DNA of 64,000 nucleotides, taken from NCBI GenBank assembly GCA_963732175.1, contig CAVSYF010000002.1:136564-200563 (forward strand). The letters are read 5' to 3'. The DNA is from Bryobacterales bacterium. Lineage in GTDB: Bacteria > Acidobacteriota > Terriglobia > Bryobacterales > Bryobacteraceae. This document shows positions 55,585-64,000 of this stretch, in pieces. The notes under the pieces were generated by a model. It saw nothing but the letters and a program-made list of their open reading frames with translations, did no database searches and was not told the origin of the DNA. Positions within the stretch are counted from its first letter, which is position 1. Every line of letters starts with the position of its first letter. The translations under genes and the position numbers were made by a program.

Positions 55585-56933
55585 CAGGCCTCGAGCAAAA
55601 AAGCTCCCATGCGAGGCAGCTCCTGCTCCATGCCCTGCCACCAACGTTCGAATTCCGGTGCCGGCCGAAGCCCGAAAATTTTTCGTAAATAAAGTGCATC
55701 GTGAAACGAGGTGCTCTGATAGTGCAACATGACGTCGTCGGCTCCCGGGACGCCCATGATGTAGTTGACCCCGGCCGCGCCGAGCAGAGTCAGCAGTGCG
55801 TCCATGTCGTCCTGATCGGCTTCTGCATGGTTGGTGTAGCAGATATCGCAGCCCATCGGAAGCCCCAGCAGCTTGCCGCAGAAGTGATCTTCTAAGCCCG
55901 CGCGCAAAATCTGCTTACCGTCGTACAGATACTCGGGGCCGATGAATCCCACCACGGTGTTCACCAGCATCGGATGAAAATGCCGCGCCAAGCCGTACGC
56001 GCGCGCCTCGCAAGTCTGCTGATCCACGCCGTTATGCGCGCCTGCCGACAACGCGCTGCCTTGCCCGGTTTCGAAATACATGACGTTGTCGCCCAGCGTG
56101 CCGCGATGGAGATCCAGCGCTTGCGCCCGAGCTTCTTCCAGCATCGCGATGTTCACGCCGAAAGCCGTGTTGGCCGCCTCCGTTCCCGCGATGGATTGAA
56201 AAACCAGATCCACCGGCGCGCCTCTCCGCATCGCTTCCATCTGCGTAGTAATGTGCGCCAGCACGCAACTCTGCGTCGGGATCTCGTAGAGCTGGCGCAC
56301 ACGGTCGAGCAAACCGAGCAGCATCTGCACCGTCTGCAAATTATCCGACACCGGGTTAATTCCGATCACCGCATCGCCGCTTCCGTACGACAGGCCATCG
56401 ACGATGCTAGCGGCAATTCCCTTGGGTTCGTCAGTCGGATGATTAGGCTGCAGCCTGGTCGAAAGCCGCCCCGCGAGACCGATCGTATTGCGGAAGCGCG
56501 TCACGACGCGGATTTTCGCCGCCACCGAAACCAGGTCCTGCAGGCGCATCAGCTTTGAGACGGCCGCGGCCATTTCCGGCGTCAGGCCAGGAGCAAGCCC
56601 CGCGAGCAATTCGTCCACCGCTTGCTCGCTCAGCAGCCAGTCCCGAAAATCGCCGACCGTGAGATGCGCGACCGGCGAAAAAGCCGCGGCGTCGTGCTCG
56701 TCCACGATGAGGCGCGTCACTTCGTCCGATTCATAGGGGATCACCGGGTCATTCAAGAACGCCCGCAACGGCAGCTCGCTCAAAGCCATCTGCGCGGCTA
56801 CCCGCTCTTCGGCGCTCGCCGCCGCGAGTCCTGCCAGATCATCGCCAGAACGCGCCGGCGTCGCCTTTGCGAGCAGCGCCTTCAGGTCATCGAATCGATA
56901 AACCCGGTTGCCGACCGTGTGCGAATACGCCAT
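55584..56933 (-). CDS. eutB: ethanolamine ammonia-lyase large subunit
   Basis: An internal ATG at 56933 of ORF 55584..57053 gives [38 protein letters not shown]..., a typical EutB N-terminus. The reading frame is intact from there. Confidence 0.9.
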   Translation of the reverse strand: MAYSHTVGNRVYRFDDLKALLAKATPARSGDDLAGLAAASAEERVAAQMALSELPLRAFLNDPVIPYESDEVTRLIVDEHDAAAFSPVAHLTVGDFRDWLLSEQAVDELLAGLAPGLTPEMAAAVSKLMRLQDLVSVAAKIRVVTRFRNTIGLAGRLSTRLQPNHPTDEPKGIAASIVDGLSYGSGDAVIGINPVSDNLQTVQMLLGLLDRVRQLYEIPTQSCVLAHITTQMEAMRRGAPVDLVFQSIAGTEAANTAFGVNIAMLEEARAQALDLHRGTLGDNVMYFETGQGSALSAGAHNGVDQQTCEARAYGLARHFHPMLVNTVVGFIGPEYLYDGKQILRAGLEDHFCGKLLGLPMGCDICYTNHAEADQDDMDALLTLLGAAGVNYIMGVPGADDVMLHYQSTSFHDALYLRKIFGLRPAPEFERWWQGMEQELPRMGAFLLEA

Positions 56934-57138
56934 GCCTAGAACTACTGTGCCAGATCTGAATTGGGCAAGTTTTGGGGAATTCACTGGAAAAGCCCCGATT
57001 CGCGCGCGATGCTCGAAACAACGTAACTCCTCGGTTTTGCAATGGGCTGCCAACTAGCGGGGCGCTTGGTCCGCGGATTGCTTAACCCTATGCTTACCGG
57101 CCGGAAGCGGCGCTATACTGGTAATTTCAGGAGCTGAC

Positions 57139-57582
57139 ATGAAGACGTACGTGAAGTTCGGGGCGTTGGTGGTCGTCATCATTGGTGCATTGGCATGGCT
57201 CGCCATCGGCGGAGTAAGCCAAAGCAAGAGCTATTACAAGGAAATCAACGAACTCAGCCAGATGGGAGATCGGGCCCACCAGGAAAGGCTGCGCGTGAAC
57301 GGCTACGTCGAGGAAGGCTCCATCGTTCGCGACGGCGCTCAGGTATCCTTTATCCTGCATCAGAACCCCGGGCAACTGCGGGGCGATGCCTCGCGATTGA
57401 AAGTTGTATATAAAGGCATTGACCCGTTGCCCGACACATTCAAGGATGACGCGCAGGCCCTGGCCGATGGCCGGCTGGGCACAGATGGCGTTTTTGAGGC
57501 CAACAAGGTCCAGGCCAAATGCGCCTCCAAGTATGAAGCCAAACCACAATTGAAACAGGACGCGAACCGGGCCAGCACTTAG
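57139..57582 (+). CDS. ccmE: cytochrome c maturation heme chaperone CcmE, CxxxY variant
   Basis: 147-aa ORF with an N-terminal TM anchor and an OB-fold core (RLRVNGYVEEGSIV...LKVVYKGIDPLPDTFKDDAQALADGRL). The heme-binding position reads VQAKCASKYEA (Cys 57520..57522, Tyr 57532..57534) in place of the canonical LAKHDExY. Confidence 0.85.
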   Translation: MKTYVKFGALVVVIIGALAWLAIGGVSQSKSYYKEINELSQMGDRAHQERLRVNGYVEEGSIVRDGAQVSFILHQNPGQLRGDASRLKVVYKGIDPLPDTFKDDAQALADGRLGTDGVFEANKVQAKCASKYEAKPQLKQDANRAST

Positions 57583-57618
57583 CTGTTTTCGAGTTCCGTC
57601 CTCGAGGTCTAAACTCGA

Positions 57619-59634
57619 ATGGAAAATATAGGCGCCCTGTCGATTCTGCTGGCGTTTTGTCTCGCGATCTACGCGGTTATCGGATCGGTCGTAGGTAAAT
57701 TCAAAAAAAGCCCCTTCCTGGTGGTGAGCGCCGAGCGCGCGGTCTACTCGGTCTGGATCCTGCTGACCATCGCGTCGGGCCTGCTCATTTACTCGCTGCT
57801 CACGGGCGATTTCCGATTAGCGTACGTCGCCGGCCACACCGACGCATCCATGTCGGCGATCTATAAGTTCACAGCCTGGTGGGGCGGGCAAGAAGGCTCG
57901 CTGCTGCTGTGGTCCTGGCTGCTCGCGACCTATTCCGCCGTAGTGGTATTCATGAACCGCCGCAAGTTTCGCGACATGATGCCCTGGGTCACCGCTATCC
58001 TGATGGCGACGGAAACGTTCTTCCTGATCCTGATCAGTTTCGTATTGAGTCCGTTCGCAATACTCGAAGCCGGGCGCGGCAACATCGTCGAGGGCATGGG
58101 CCGCGGCCTGAACCCGCTCTTGCAGTACTGGACCATGGTGATTCATCCGCCCATGCTGTATTTGGGCTACGTCGGGTTCACGGTGCCGTTCGCCTTCGCC
58201 ATGGGTTCGCTGATCACCAAGCAGCCGGGCGAAGCTTGGATCCATACCACGCGCCGCTGGACGCTAGTCACCTGGCTTTTCCAAACCACCGGTATCCTGC
58301 TCGGGCAAGGCTGGGCTTATGCAGTCCTCGGCTGGGGCGGCTATTGGGCTTGGGATCCGGTGGAGAACGCGTCGCTGCTGCCGTGGATTAGCGCCACCGC
58401 GTTCCTGCACTCGGTGATGATGCAGGAAAAGAAGGGCATGATGAAGGTCTGGAATCAGGTTCTCATCTCGGGCACCTTCTTCCTGTGCATCTTCGGAACT
58501 TTCTTGACGCGCTCGGGTGTGGTCAGTTCAGTGCACGCGTTTGCGCAGTCGTCCATCGGCCGGTACTTCGTTATTTTTCTCGCGATCGGTATCGCGGCGA
58601 CGGTACTACTCATCCTGGAGCGGCTGAATTACTTGAAGAGCGAAGCGCGGCTCGAGAGCGTGGTCTCGCGCGAGTCCAGCTTCATGTTCAACAACCTGAT
58701 TTTGCTGGCCAGCTGCTTCGCGGTGCTGTGGGGCACCCTGTTCCCGGTGATTTCGGAAGCCGTAACGGGCGAAAAGATCAGCGTGGATGGTCCCTTCTTC
58801 AATCGGATTAACATACCGATCGGCTTGGGCTTGCTGTTGCTCACCGGAGTTGGTCCGCTGATCGCCTGGCGCAGAAGCTCGGTCGAAAGCCTGAAGCGCG
58901 CGTTCTTTTGGCCGTCCATCGCCGGGCTGGCGCTGATGGTATTTCTCTCGATCTTCGGCGTCTACGAGCATCCTTACGCGCTGCTGTCGTTCGGCCTCTG
59001 CATGTTCGTCACGGCCACCATCTTCTCTGAATTCTGGAAGGGCGCTTCGGCGATTCGCGCCAAGAGCGGGATCGGTCTCATTCCGGCGGCCGTGGAACTG
59101 ACGCATCGCAACACCCGCCGCTACGGCGGATACATGGTGCACATGGGCATCGTGTTCATGTTCATCGGATACACGGGTTCAGCGTTCAATAAGGACACCA
59201 CCAAGGAAGTGACGCCCGGCAACTCCTTCGAGATCGGCAATTACAACTTAAAGATTGCCAGCATGCAGGACGGCGAGAACGACAACTACGCCTGGCAGAA
59301 GCTGTATATCAACGCCTCGCACGGCTCGCGGTCGCTCGGCACCATCGAGCCGGAGCGCCGCTTCTACAAAGCCAGCCAGCAACCGACTTCCGAGGTCGCC
59401 ATCCGCCGGCGCTTGAATGAAGACCTGTATGTCAACTTCGCCGGCCTCTCGACCGACAACAAGCGCGCGGTGGTGCAGGCCTATGTCTTCCCGCTGGTCT
59501 CGTGGATTTGGATCGGATTTTGGGTGGTAGCGTTCGGGACCATCGTGTGCCTGATCCCGAGCAAGATTCGTTTGGCGTACGCGCGTACGCAGGTTATTGG
59601 AGTAGCGCAAAAGCATGCGGAAGTTCAGAAATAG
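57619..59634 (+). CDS. ccmF: cytochrome c-type biogenesis protein CcmF (heme lyase component)
   Basis: Intact 671-aa polytopic ORF. It has the WWD/tryptophan-rich motif WGGYWAWDPVENASLLPW, and WWGGQEGSLLLW near the N-terminus. Confidence 0.9.
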   Translation: MENIGALSILLAFCLAIYAVIGSVVGKFKKSPFLVVSAERAVYSVWILLTIASGLLIYSLLTGDFRLAYVAGHTDASMSAIYKFTAWWGGQEGSLLLWSWLLATYSAVVVFMNRRKFRDMMPWVTAILMATETFFLILISFVLSPFAILEAGRGNIVEGMGRGLNPLLQYWTMVIHPPMLYLGYVGFTVPFAFAMGSLITKQPGEAWIHTTRRWTLVTWLFQTTGILLGQGWAYAVLGWGGYWAWDPVENASLLPWISATAFLHSVMMQEKKGMMKVWNQVLISGTFFLCIFGTFLTRSGVVSSVHAFAQSSIGRYFVIFLAIGIAATVLLILERLNYLKSEARLESVVSRESSFMFNNLILLASCFAVLWGTLFPVISEAVTGEKISVDGPFFNRINIPIGLGLLLLTGVGPLIAWRRSSVESLKRAFFWPSIAGLALMVFLSIFGVYEHPYALLSFGLCMFVTATIFSEFWKGASAIRAKSGIGLIPAAVELTHRNTRRYGGYMVHMGIVFMFIGYTGSAFNKDTTKEVTPGNSFEIGNYNLKIASMQDGENDNYAWQKLYINASHGSRSLGTIEPERRFYKASQQPTSEVAIRRRLNEDLYVNFAGLSTDNKRAVVQAYVFPLVSWIWIGFWVVAFGTIVCLIPSKIRLAYARTQVIGVAQKHAEVQK

Positions 59635-60082
59635 TTTCTTGGTTGTTCTTCTCACGATTGGGCCGATTTTCGCCCAATCGGCGGAGGAACTGGAAAGCCC
59701 GGCCGTCAACCGCGTGGCCAACAAGCTGCTGTGTCCTTGCGGTTGCAAGATGAACATGGCTTGCCGTATGGACCCGTATCCGTGCCGCACCTGCTGGGAC
59801 AACAAAAAGAAGATTCTCAAAATGCAAGCCGCGGGAATGTCGGATCAGGCCATCCTGTCGCAATTCCAGCAGGACATGGGCAAGGCGGTCGTGGCCGTCC
59901 AGCCGGGCGTTCTGGGATCGCTTTCGTTTTACACGGCCGCGGTACTTGGATTGATTCTCGTTTTATTTGTGATTCGCAGGTACAGCCGCAAGAGCGCGCC
60001 TTCGGGATTGGCCTCCGTGGATGAAGCTGTGCTCCACCGTTACCACGAACAAATCGAGAAAGAAGTGGAAAAGCTGGATTAA
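59615..60082 (+). CDS. ccmH: CcmH/NrfF-like cytochrome c biogenesis protein with atypical Cys-rich motif
   Basis: 155-aa ORF with a signal peptide. It reads LLCPCGCKMNMACRMDPYPCRTC where LRCxxC is expected. It also has GMSDQAILSQF and a C-terminal TM helix. It overlaps the ccmF end by 20 nt. Confidence 0.7.
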   Translation: MRKFRNSFLVVLLTIGPIFAQSAEELESPAVNRVANKLLCPCGCKMNMACRMDPYPCRTCWDNKKKILKMQAAGMSDQAILSQFQQDMGKAVVAVQPGVLGSLSFYTAAVLGLILVLFVIRRYSRKSAPSGLASVDEAVLHRYHEQIEKEVEKLD

Positions 60083-60525
60083 TGGTGTTCGCGGTTGCCG
60101 TCGCCCTGGTCGTTGGGGCCATCTTTTTCACCCTGTTCGTTCGCAGCGGGGATCTGCCGGTAGTGCCGGCTCCTTCGCCCACCGCGCATTTAGAACAGCG
60201 CAAGGCGCAGATCTACGAAAACCTGCGCGATCTCCAATTCGAGTTTCGCCTCGGCAAGCTTTCCGACCAGGACTATCAAAAAACGAAAGTGGATCTGCAG
60301 CGCGAACTCGCCAAGGTCCTCGCGGAGATTGACGCGATTCAGGCGTCTCAACCCAAGCCCGCGCCGGCCAAGAAGGCCGCCACCGCCCAGGCCTCCGCAG
60401 AGACGGTGCAGGCCACGGTGCAAGCCAAGGTCAGCTCCAACGGCCACCTGTGCCACCATTGCGGCGCGACGTTTCCAGAAGCGATGAAGTTTTGCGGCGA
60501 ATGCGGAAAGGCGATGGCGTCATGA
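60082..60525 (+). CDS. CcmI-like N-terminal domain protein with C-terminal zinc ribbon (no TPR)
   Basis: 147-aa ORF with a TM helix. The segment EQRKAQIYENLRDLQFEFRLGKLSDQDYQKTKVDLQRELAKVL resembles the CcmI/CycH N-terminal module. The C-terminus is CHHCGATFPEAMKFCGECG. Its start overlaps the ccmH stop (TAATG). Confidence 0.6.
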   Translation: MVFAVAVALVVGAIFFTLFVRSGDLPVVPAPSPTAHLEQRKAQIYENLRDLQFEFRLGKLSDQDYQKTKVDLQRELAKVLAEIDAIQASQPKPAPAKKAATAQASAETVQATVQAKVSSNGHLCHHCGATFPEAMKFCGECGKAMAS

Positions 60526-61490
60526 AGAGAATCGCGTTTTTAGCTATGTTGGGACTGGCGCCTGCGTTCGGCGCCGTGGACGGCGTGGTGATGAATGGCA
60601 CCACCGGCAAGCCACAGCCCAACGTGATTGTTTCGCTGCTGCAACCTGGCCAAGCCGGCATGCAGAACCTCGGCAGCACCAAGACCGATGCCGACGGAAA
60701 ATTTCACATCGATAAGGACGCGCAGGGGCCGCAGCTAGTGCAGGCGTTCTACGCCGGCGTGCAGTACAACAAGATGGTTTTCCCTGGATCGCCGGCCACG
60801 GGAATTCAGGTGGATGTTTTCGATTCGAGCAACAAAACCGGCTTTGCCAAGGTCAGCCAGCACTTCATCGTGCTGCAACCCAGCGCCACCGAATTATCCG
60901 TCGCGGAAGGAATCCTCTATCAGGACAACAGCCAGACCACCTACAACGATCCGGTAAACGGCACTTGCCGTTTCTATCTTCCGCCCGAGGCCAAGGGCAA
61001 GGTAACGGTTACCGTCAACGCTCCCGGCGGCATGCCGATCCAGCGGCCGGCTGAGCCGACCAGGGAACCCAACGTCTACAAGGTCAACTATCCGCTCAAG
61101 CCGGGCGAGACGCGCTTCGATCTGAACTACACGCTGCCGCTGGCGAACCCCGCCGTATTCTCCACCAAGATCCTTCACGCCGAGGGCACCTCCAACCTGG
61201 TCGTTCCCAGTGGAGTGACCGCGAAAGGCGACGACATCGAGCTCGCCGGTCAGGAACCCAAGACGCAGGCCAGCATCTATCGCATCAAGAACGCGAGTTT
61301 CAAAGTGGAAGTCGACGGCACCGGTTCGCTCTCCGCGGCCAACAGCGCGGCGTCCTCAGACGACGATAGCGGGCAGCCTACCATTCACGAGGTGAAGCCG
61401 CGGATATACGATCGGTTGTACTGGATATTGGGTATGTCGTTTGCAGTTCTGGCGCTCGGTTCCACGCTCCTATACCGTAGTAAGGCCTAA
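60522..61490 (+). CDS. secreted carboxypeptidase-regulatory-like domain protein with C-terminal TM anchor, unknown function
   Basis: ATG 60522 overlaps the upstream stop (ATGA) and gives MKRIAFLAMLGLAPAFGAVDGVVMNGTTGKPQPNVIVSLLQPG...TDADGKFHI. A hydrophobic helix (LYWILGMSFAVLALGSTLLY) lies at the end. Confidence 0.7.
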   Translation: MKRIAFLAMLGLAPAFGAVDGVVMNGTTGKPQPNVIVSLLQPGQAGMQNLGSTKTDADGKFHIDKDAQGPQLVQAFYAGVQYNKMVFPGSPATGIQVDVFDSSNKTGFAKVSQHFIVLQPSATELSVAEGILYQDNSQTTYNDPVNGTCRFYLPPEAKGKVTVTVNAPGGMPIQRPAEPTREPNVYKVNYPLKPGETRFDLNYTLPLANPAVFSTKILHAEGTSNLVVPSGVTAKGDDIELAGQEPKTQASIYRIKNASFKVEVDGTGSLSAANSAASSDDDSGQPTIHEVKPRIYDRLYWILGMSFAVLALGSTLLYRSKA

Positions 61491-61627
61491 CCTGCGACGA
61501 TCTAATGTTAATAGGAGGTAACTGAGTTAGTCGATTTTCTGTAACCAATCCGGGTCCGTTTACGCTATAATAGTTGGGTAGTAGATTACCTCGTCGTTTT
61601 CATTAGTAAACAAAAACAAGGAGTAAC

Positions 61628-61975
61628 ATGAGACTGAACAGAACTGCGCTCGCGTTTAGTGTGTTCACCCTAGGCGTTGCGCTGGCCGCATCCAGCCACA
61701 AAGTGACCGTCTACAATTCGGTGTGGGTTGGAAACACGGAGTTAAAGCCGGGCGAATACAACGTGCAAGTGGATAACGGCAAAGCCGTCTTCAAGAGCAA
61801 GAAGGATACTGTTGAAGTGCCCGCGAAGATGGAAAATGCGAATTCGAAGTATCAATTCACTGCCTTGAATACGGACAACACGAGTGGCAAAGCGAAGCTG
61901 AATGAGATCGATCTCGGCGGCACCAATATGAAGATCGTGATCGAGGCTCCGGGTTCGCCCAACGCCGCGGAGTAA
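61628..61975 (+). CDS. small secreted beta-rich protein, unknown function
   Basis: 115-aa ORF with a strong SD (AAGGAG, 4-nt spacer) and a signal peptide (LAFSVFTLGVALAASS). An A/T-rich upstream region contains a TATAAT at 61566..61571. Confidence 0.7.
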   Translation: MRLNRTALAFSVFTLGVALAASSHKVTVYNSVWVGNTELKPGEYNVQVDNGKAVFKSKKDTVEVPAKMENANSKYQFTALNTDNTSGKAKLNEIDLGGTNMKIVIEAPGSPNAAE

Positions 61976-61983
61976 TCGCACTG

Positions 61984-63339
61984 CTAGTGCGCCGCTAAAC
62001 CCAACGCGGACGATCGTTTTGCGAGCGCCTCGACTTCGCGCGAGGCGTTCACCTTATATTCTTTGGTGTAGAGTTCGTGGTTGCGCTCCACTTCAGCCAG
62101 CCGATAGACGTAATTCGCCATCACCCCGGCCGAGCGTTGCATTCCGATTGCTGACGTGTCGCCCAGCCAATTGATGCGCTCCAGCCGCGCTCCATTGCGG
62201 AGATGGAAGCGCGCGACAGGATCCCGCGGTTCTTTTCCCTGTTTGGCGCGCAGTAAGTAATAGGCGCAGAGCGGAATCAGTTCCCGTTCCAGTTCCGCCG
62301 ATAGCTGTTTGTCCCCGATCCAGTTGGGCTCTTCCAATTTGGAGATCAAGCCCGCGAATTTCTCGGGCGGGGCTTCCTCTTTTTTGCCTTGCGAGCTTTC
62401 TCGAAGCCATTGCCGGAAATCCGGAACCGGCGAAACCGTCGCGAAAGTCTTGATGCGCGGGAACTCCTTGCCCACTTCCTCCGCGACCTGCTTAATGAGG
62501 AAACTGCCGAACGGCACGCCTCGCAGACCCTTTTGGCAGTTCGTAATGGAATAGAACATCGCGCAGTCGGCCGACTCCGGCTCGACCAACGGCGAATCCG
62601 GATCCAGCAGCGGCTGCACTTTGGCGCTCATTCCCCGCGTCAACGCCACCTCGATAAAGATGATCGGCTCGTCGGGCAGCGCCGGATGGAAGAACCCGTA
62701 ACAGCGGCGGTCCGCCTCCAGCCTGCGCCGCAAATCCCGCCAGCCCTGAATCTGGTGAACCGCCTCGTACTCGATGAGCTTCTCGAGCACGCTGGCCGGG
62801 CTCTGCCAATCGATGCGCCGCAGCGCCAGAAAACCGCGATTGAACCAGGAAGTGAGCAGATGAGCCAGATCGGTCGCAAGGGGCGACCAGTTCGGATTGC
62901 GATCCAGCTCCTTTAACAGCCGCGCTCGCATCTCCACCAGAACGCGCGTGGCCCCCGGCGCCATGTTCAAGCGCCGGAAAAGCTCCTGCCGCGGCGATTC
63001 GACCACCCGCTGCAGCCGGACCAGGTTTTCGGAAGTCGCGTCCTTTCGATACGCCTCCGCCGCGCGGCCGATCTCTTCCGGACGCGGCGAAAACTCCTCC
63101 GCCAGTCGATTAAAAAAGGCCGCCGCCGTGCTCGCTTCGAGCGACTGATAGGCGCTCAGAATCTCGGTAGCCAGATAGCGCCCCGAAACTTCGCCGCGTT
63201 CCGACATCAACGCGCGGCATAGCGCAATCAGCTTCTCGGCCGCGTGAGAATCTTCGTGAGGAAACGTCCCGTTGGCCTTCGGCGACAGCCGGAAAAATTC
63301 CGCCAGCCTCAAGCGAGTTGGCCTCTTTTTCGCGGGCAT
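61984..63339 (-). CDS. malonyl-CoA decarboxylase
   Basis: Intact 451-aa ORF with the MCD hallmark AMFYSITNCQKGLRGVPFGSFLIKQVAEEV and a helical N-terminal domain. Confidence 0.85.
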   Translation of the reverse strand: MPAKKRPTRLRLAEFFRLSPKANGTFPHEDSHAAEKLIALCRALMSERGEVSGRYLATEILSAYQSLEASTAAAFFNRLAEEFSPRPEEIGRAAEAYRKDATSENLVRLQRVVESPRQELFRRLNMAPGATRVLVEMRARLLKELDRNPNWSPLATDLAHLLTSWFNRGFLALRRIDWQSPASVLEKLIEYEAVHQIQGWRDLRRRLEADRRCYGFFHPALPDEPIIFIEVALTRGMSAKVQPLLDPDSPLVEPESADCAMFYSITNCQKGLRGVPFGSFLIKQVAEEVGKEFPRIKTFATVSPVPDFRQWLRESSQGKKEEAPPEKFAGLISKLEEPNWIGDKQLSAELERELIPLCAYYLLRAKQGKEPRDPVARFHLRNGARLERINWLGDTSAIGMQRSAGVMANYVYRLAEVERNHELYTKEYKVNASREVEALAKRSSALGLAAH

Positions 63340-63433
63340 TCTGGAGTCACATCCTTCTATCGGCGGGAGTAACTTTAGCGAACAGTGCGCTTGATCCTAT
63401 GTTAGCGGGCGCAACCGGGCGCCGGAGCGCGAC

Positions 63434-63832
63434 TTACTTCTGGCGGGCTGCCTCATCGGCCGATCCGGTAAACACCTTGCGGCCGTCGGCCATCGTAACC
63501 GATCCTGCATTCATGAATTTCGAACCGTCCCGGGCCTGGTAGCCGTTGACCGTGACCTGCTCGCCCACTTTGAGAGAATCGCGTTTCCAGCCCTGCCGGA
63601 TCAACCCGCCGGGCCCGTTGGTCTCGCAAGCCCAGTTCACCGCCGTGCCGTCGGAGTCCTTCACGTCGATATAGAAATAAACGTGCGGATTGGCCCAGTC
63701 CAACCGCGTGACCACGCCTTTCAGCACGATGGCTTTGTTGGCGTCAAACTCAGCGGAGAAAGAGTGGTGCGCGAGCACGGGCACACCCAGTAAGCCGAAG
63801 CCGGCCGCCAGAAGGGCGATTGGCGCTCTCAT
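63434..63832 (-). CDS. secreted protein of unknown function (HHSF...WxNPH type)
   Basis: 132-aa ORF with a signal peptide. The mature N-terminus is AHHSFSAEFDANKAIVLKGVVTRLDWANPHVYFYIDV. Confidence 0.7.
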   Translation of the reverse strand: MRAPIALLAAGFGLLGVPVLAHHSFSAEFDANKAIVLKGVVTRLDWANPHVYFYIDVKDSDGTAVNWACETNGPGGLIRQGWKRDSLKVGEQVTVNGYQARDGSKFMNAGSVTMADGRKVFTGSADEAARQK

Positions 63833-63885
63833 AATACTCTACTGTAATAACATAAAGGACAACGAATCTGGGAAGGAGACGGTCC

Positions 63886-64000
63886 ATGATGAAGAGCTTG
63901 ACGGGGCGATCGGCCGGCGCGTTCTGCGCTCTGGCCGTGCTAGCGGGTGGAATTGCAGCCGGGCAATCGAGGCCGTCGGCATCGGCTAAACCTGGTCCCG
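63886..64000 (+). CDS. secreted protein, N-terminal fragment (continues beyond the window)
   Basis: GGAAGGAGA lies upstream of ATG 63886. The product begins MMKSLTGRSAGAFCALAVLAGGIAAGQSRPSASAKPGP, which is signal-peptide-like. It has no stop in the window, so it is not in the ORF track. Confidence 0.5.
   Translation, partial: MMKSLTGRSAGAFCALAVLAGGIAAGQSRPSASAKPGP

Noticed and set aside
57127-57549. 140-aa minus-strand ORF opposite ccmE
   Set aside because: It is antisense to a clear CcmE homolog with an SD-less but operon-consistent start, and it has no motifs.

Overview
High-GC chromosomal segment. Its gene content points to an Acidobacteria-like genome, which is an inference from gene families only: an ADOP-type duplicated FtsX permease, CarboxypepD_reg-type TonB-dependent receptors, an SBBP beta-propeller protein, bshC and many secreted peptidases. 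I call about 57 protein-coding loci, one tRNA-Leu(CAA), two intrinsic terminators and two short repeats. I saw no rRNA, CRISPR array, transposase, integrase or phage gene. Recognisable modules are: a partial fadN-like gene, a split chrA pair, a trpC-trpF-trpB-trpA-chorismate mutase operon, an OFA-type MFS/malate synthase/GlcG module, eutBC, a ccmE-ccmF-ccmH-ccmI-like operon, RNase R, an EF-G paralog, bshC and malonyl-CoA decarboxylase. The most striking property is that at least 11 loci have broken reading frames, and the breaks are strongly clustered. By manual frame tracking I count about 20 in 9.2-11.5 kb, about 10 in 15.35-19.2 kb across three genes, and 6 in 23.4-24.5 kb. In contrast, sixteen ORFs of about 1.0-2.7 kb are uninterrupted. 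Family motifs stay intact around the breaks, so localized consensus indel errors are the leading explanation, with real pseudogenisation the alternative. Other items worth a second look: a variant System I cytochrome c maturation operon (CxxxY CcmE together with a Cys-rich CcmH-like protein and a zinc-ribbon CcmI-like protein); an orphan LysW-like zinc-ribbon protein with a giant acidic tail; a putative metal-handling cluster of Cys/His-rich small proteins around an unclassified outer-membrane barrel; a secreted 12-Cys protein; an A/T-richer island of small unknown ORFs; and a truncated ketopantoate-reductase remnant. I did not find a clear-cut novel multi-gene system. All function calls come from motif recognition by eye, with no database search.
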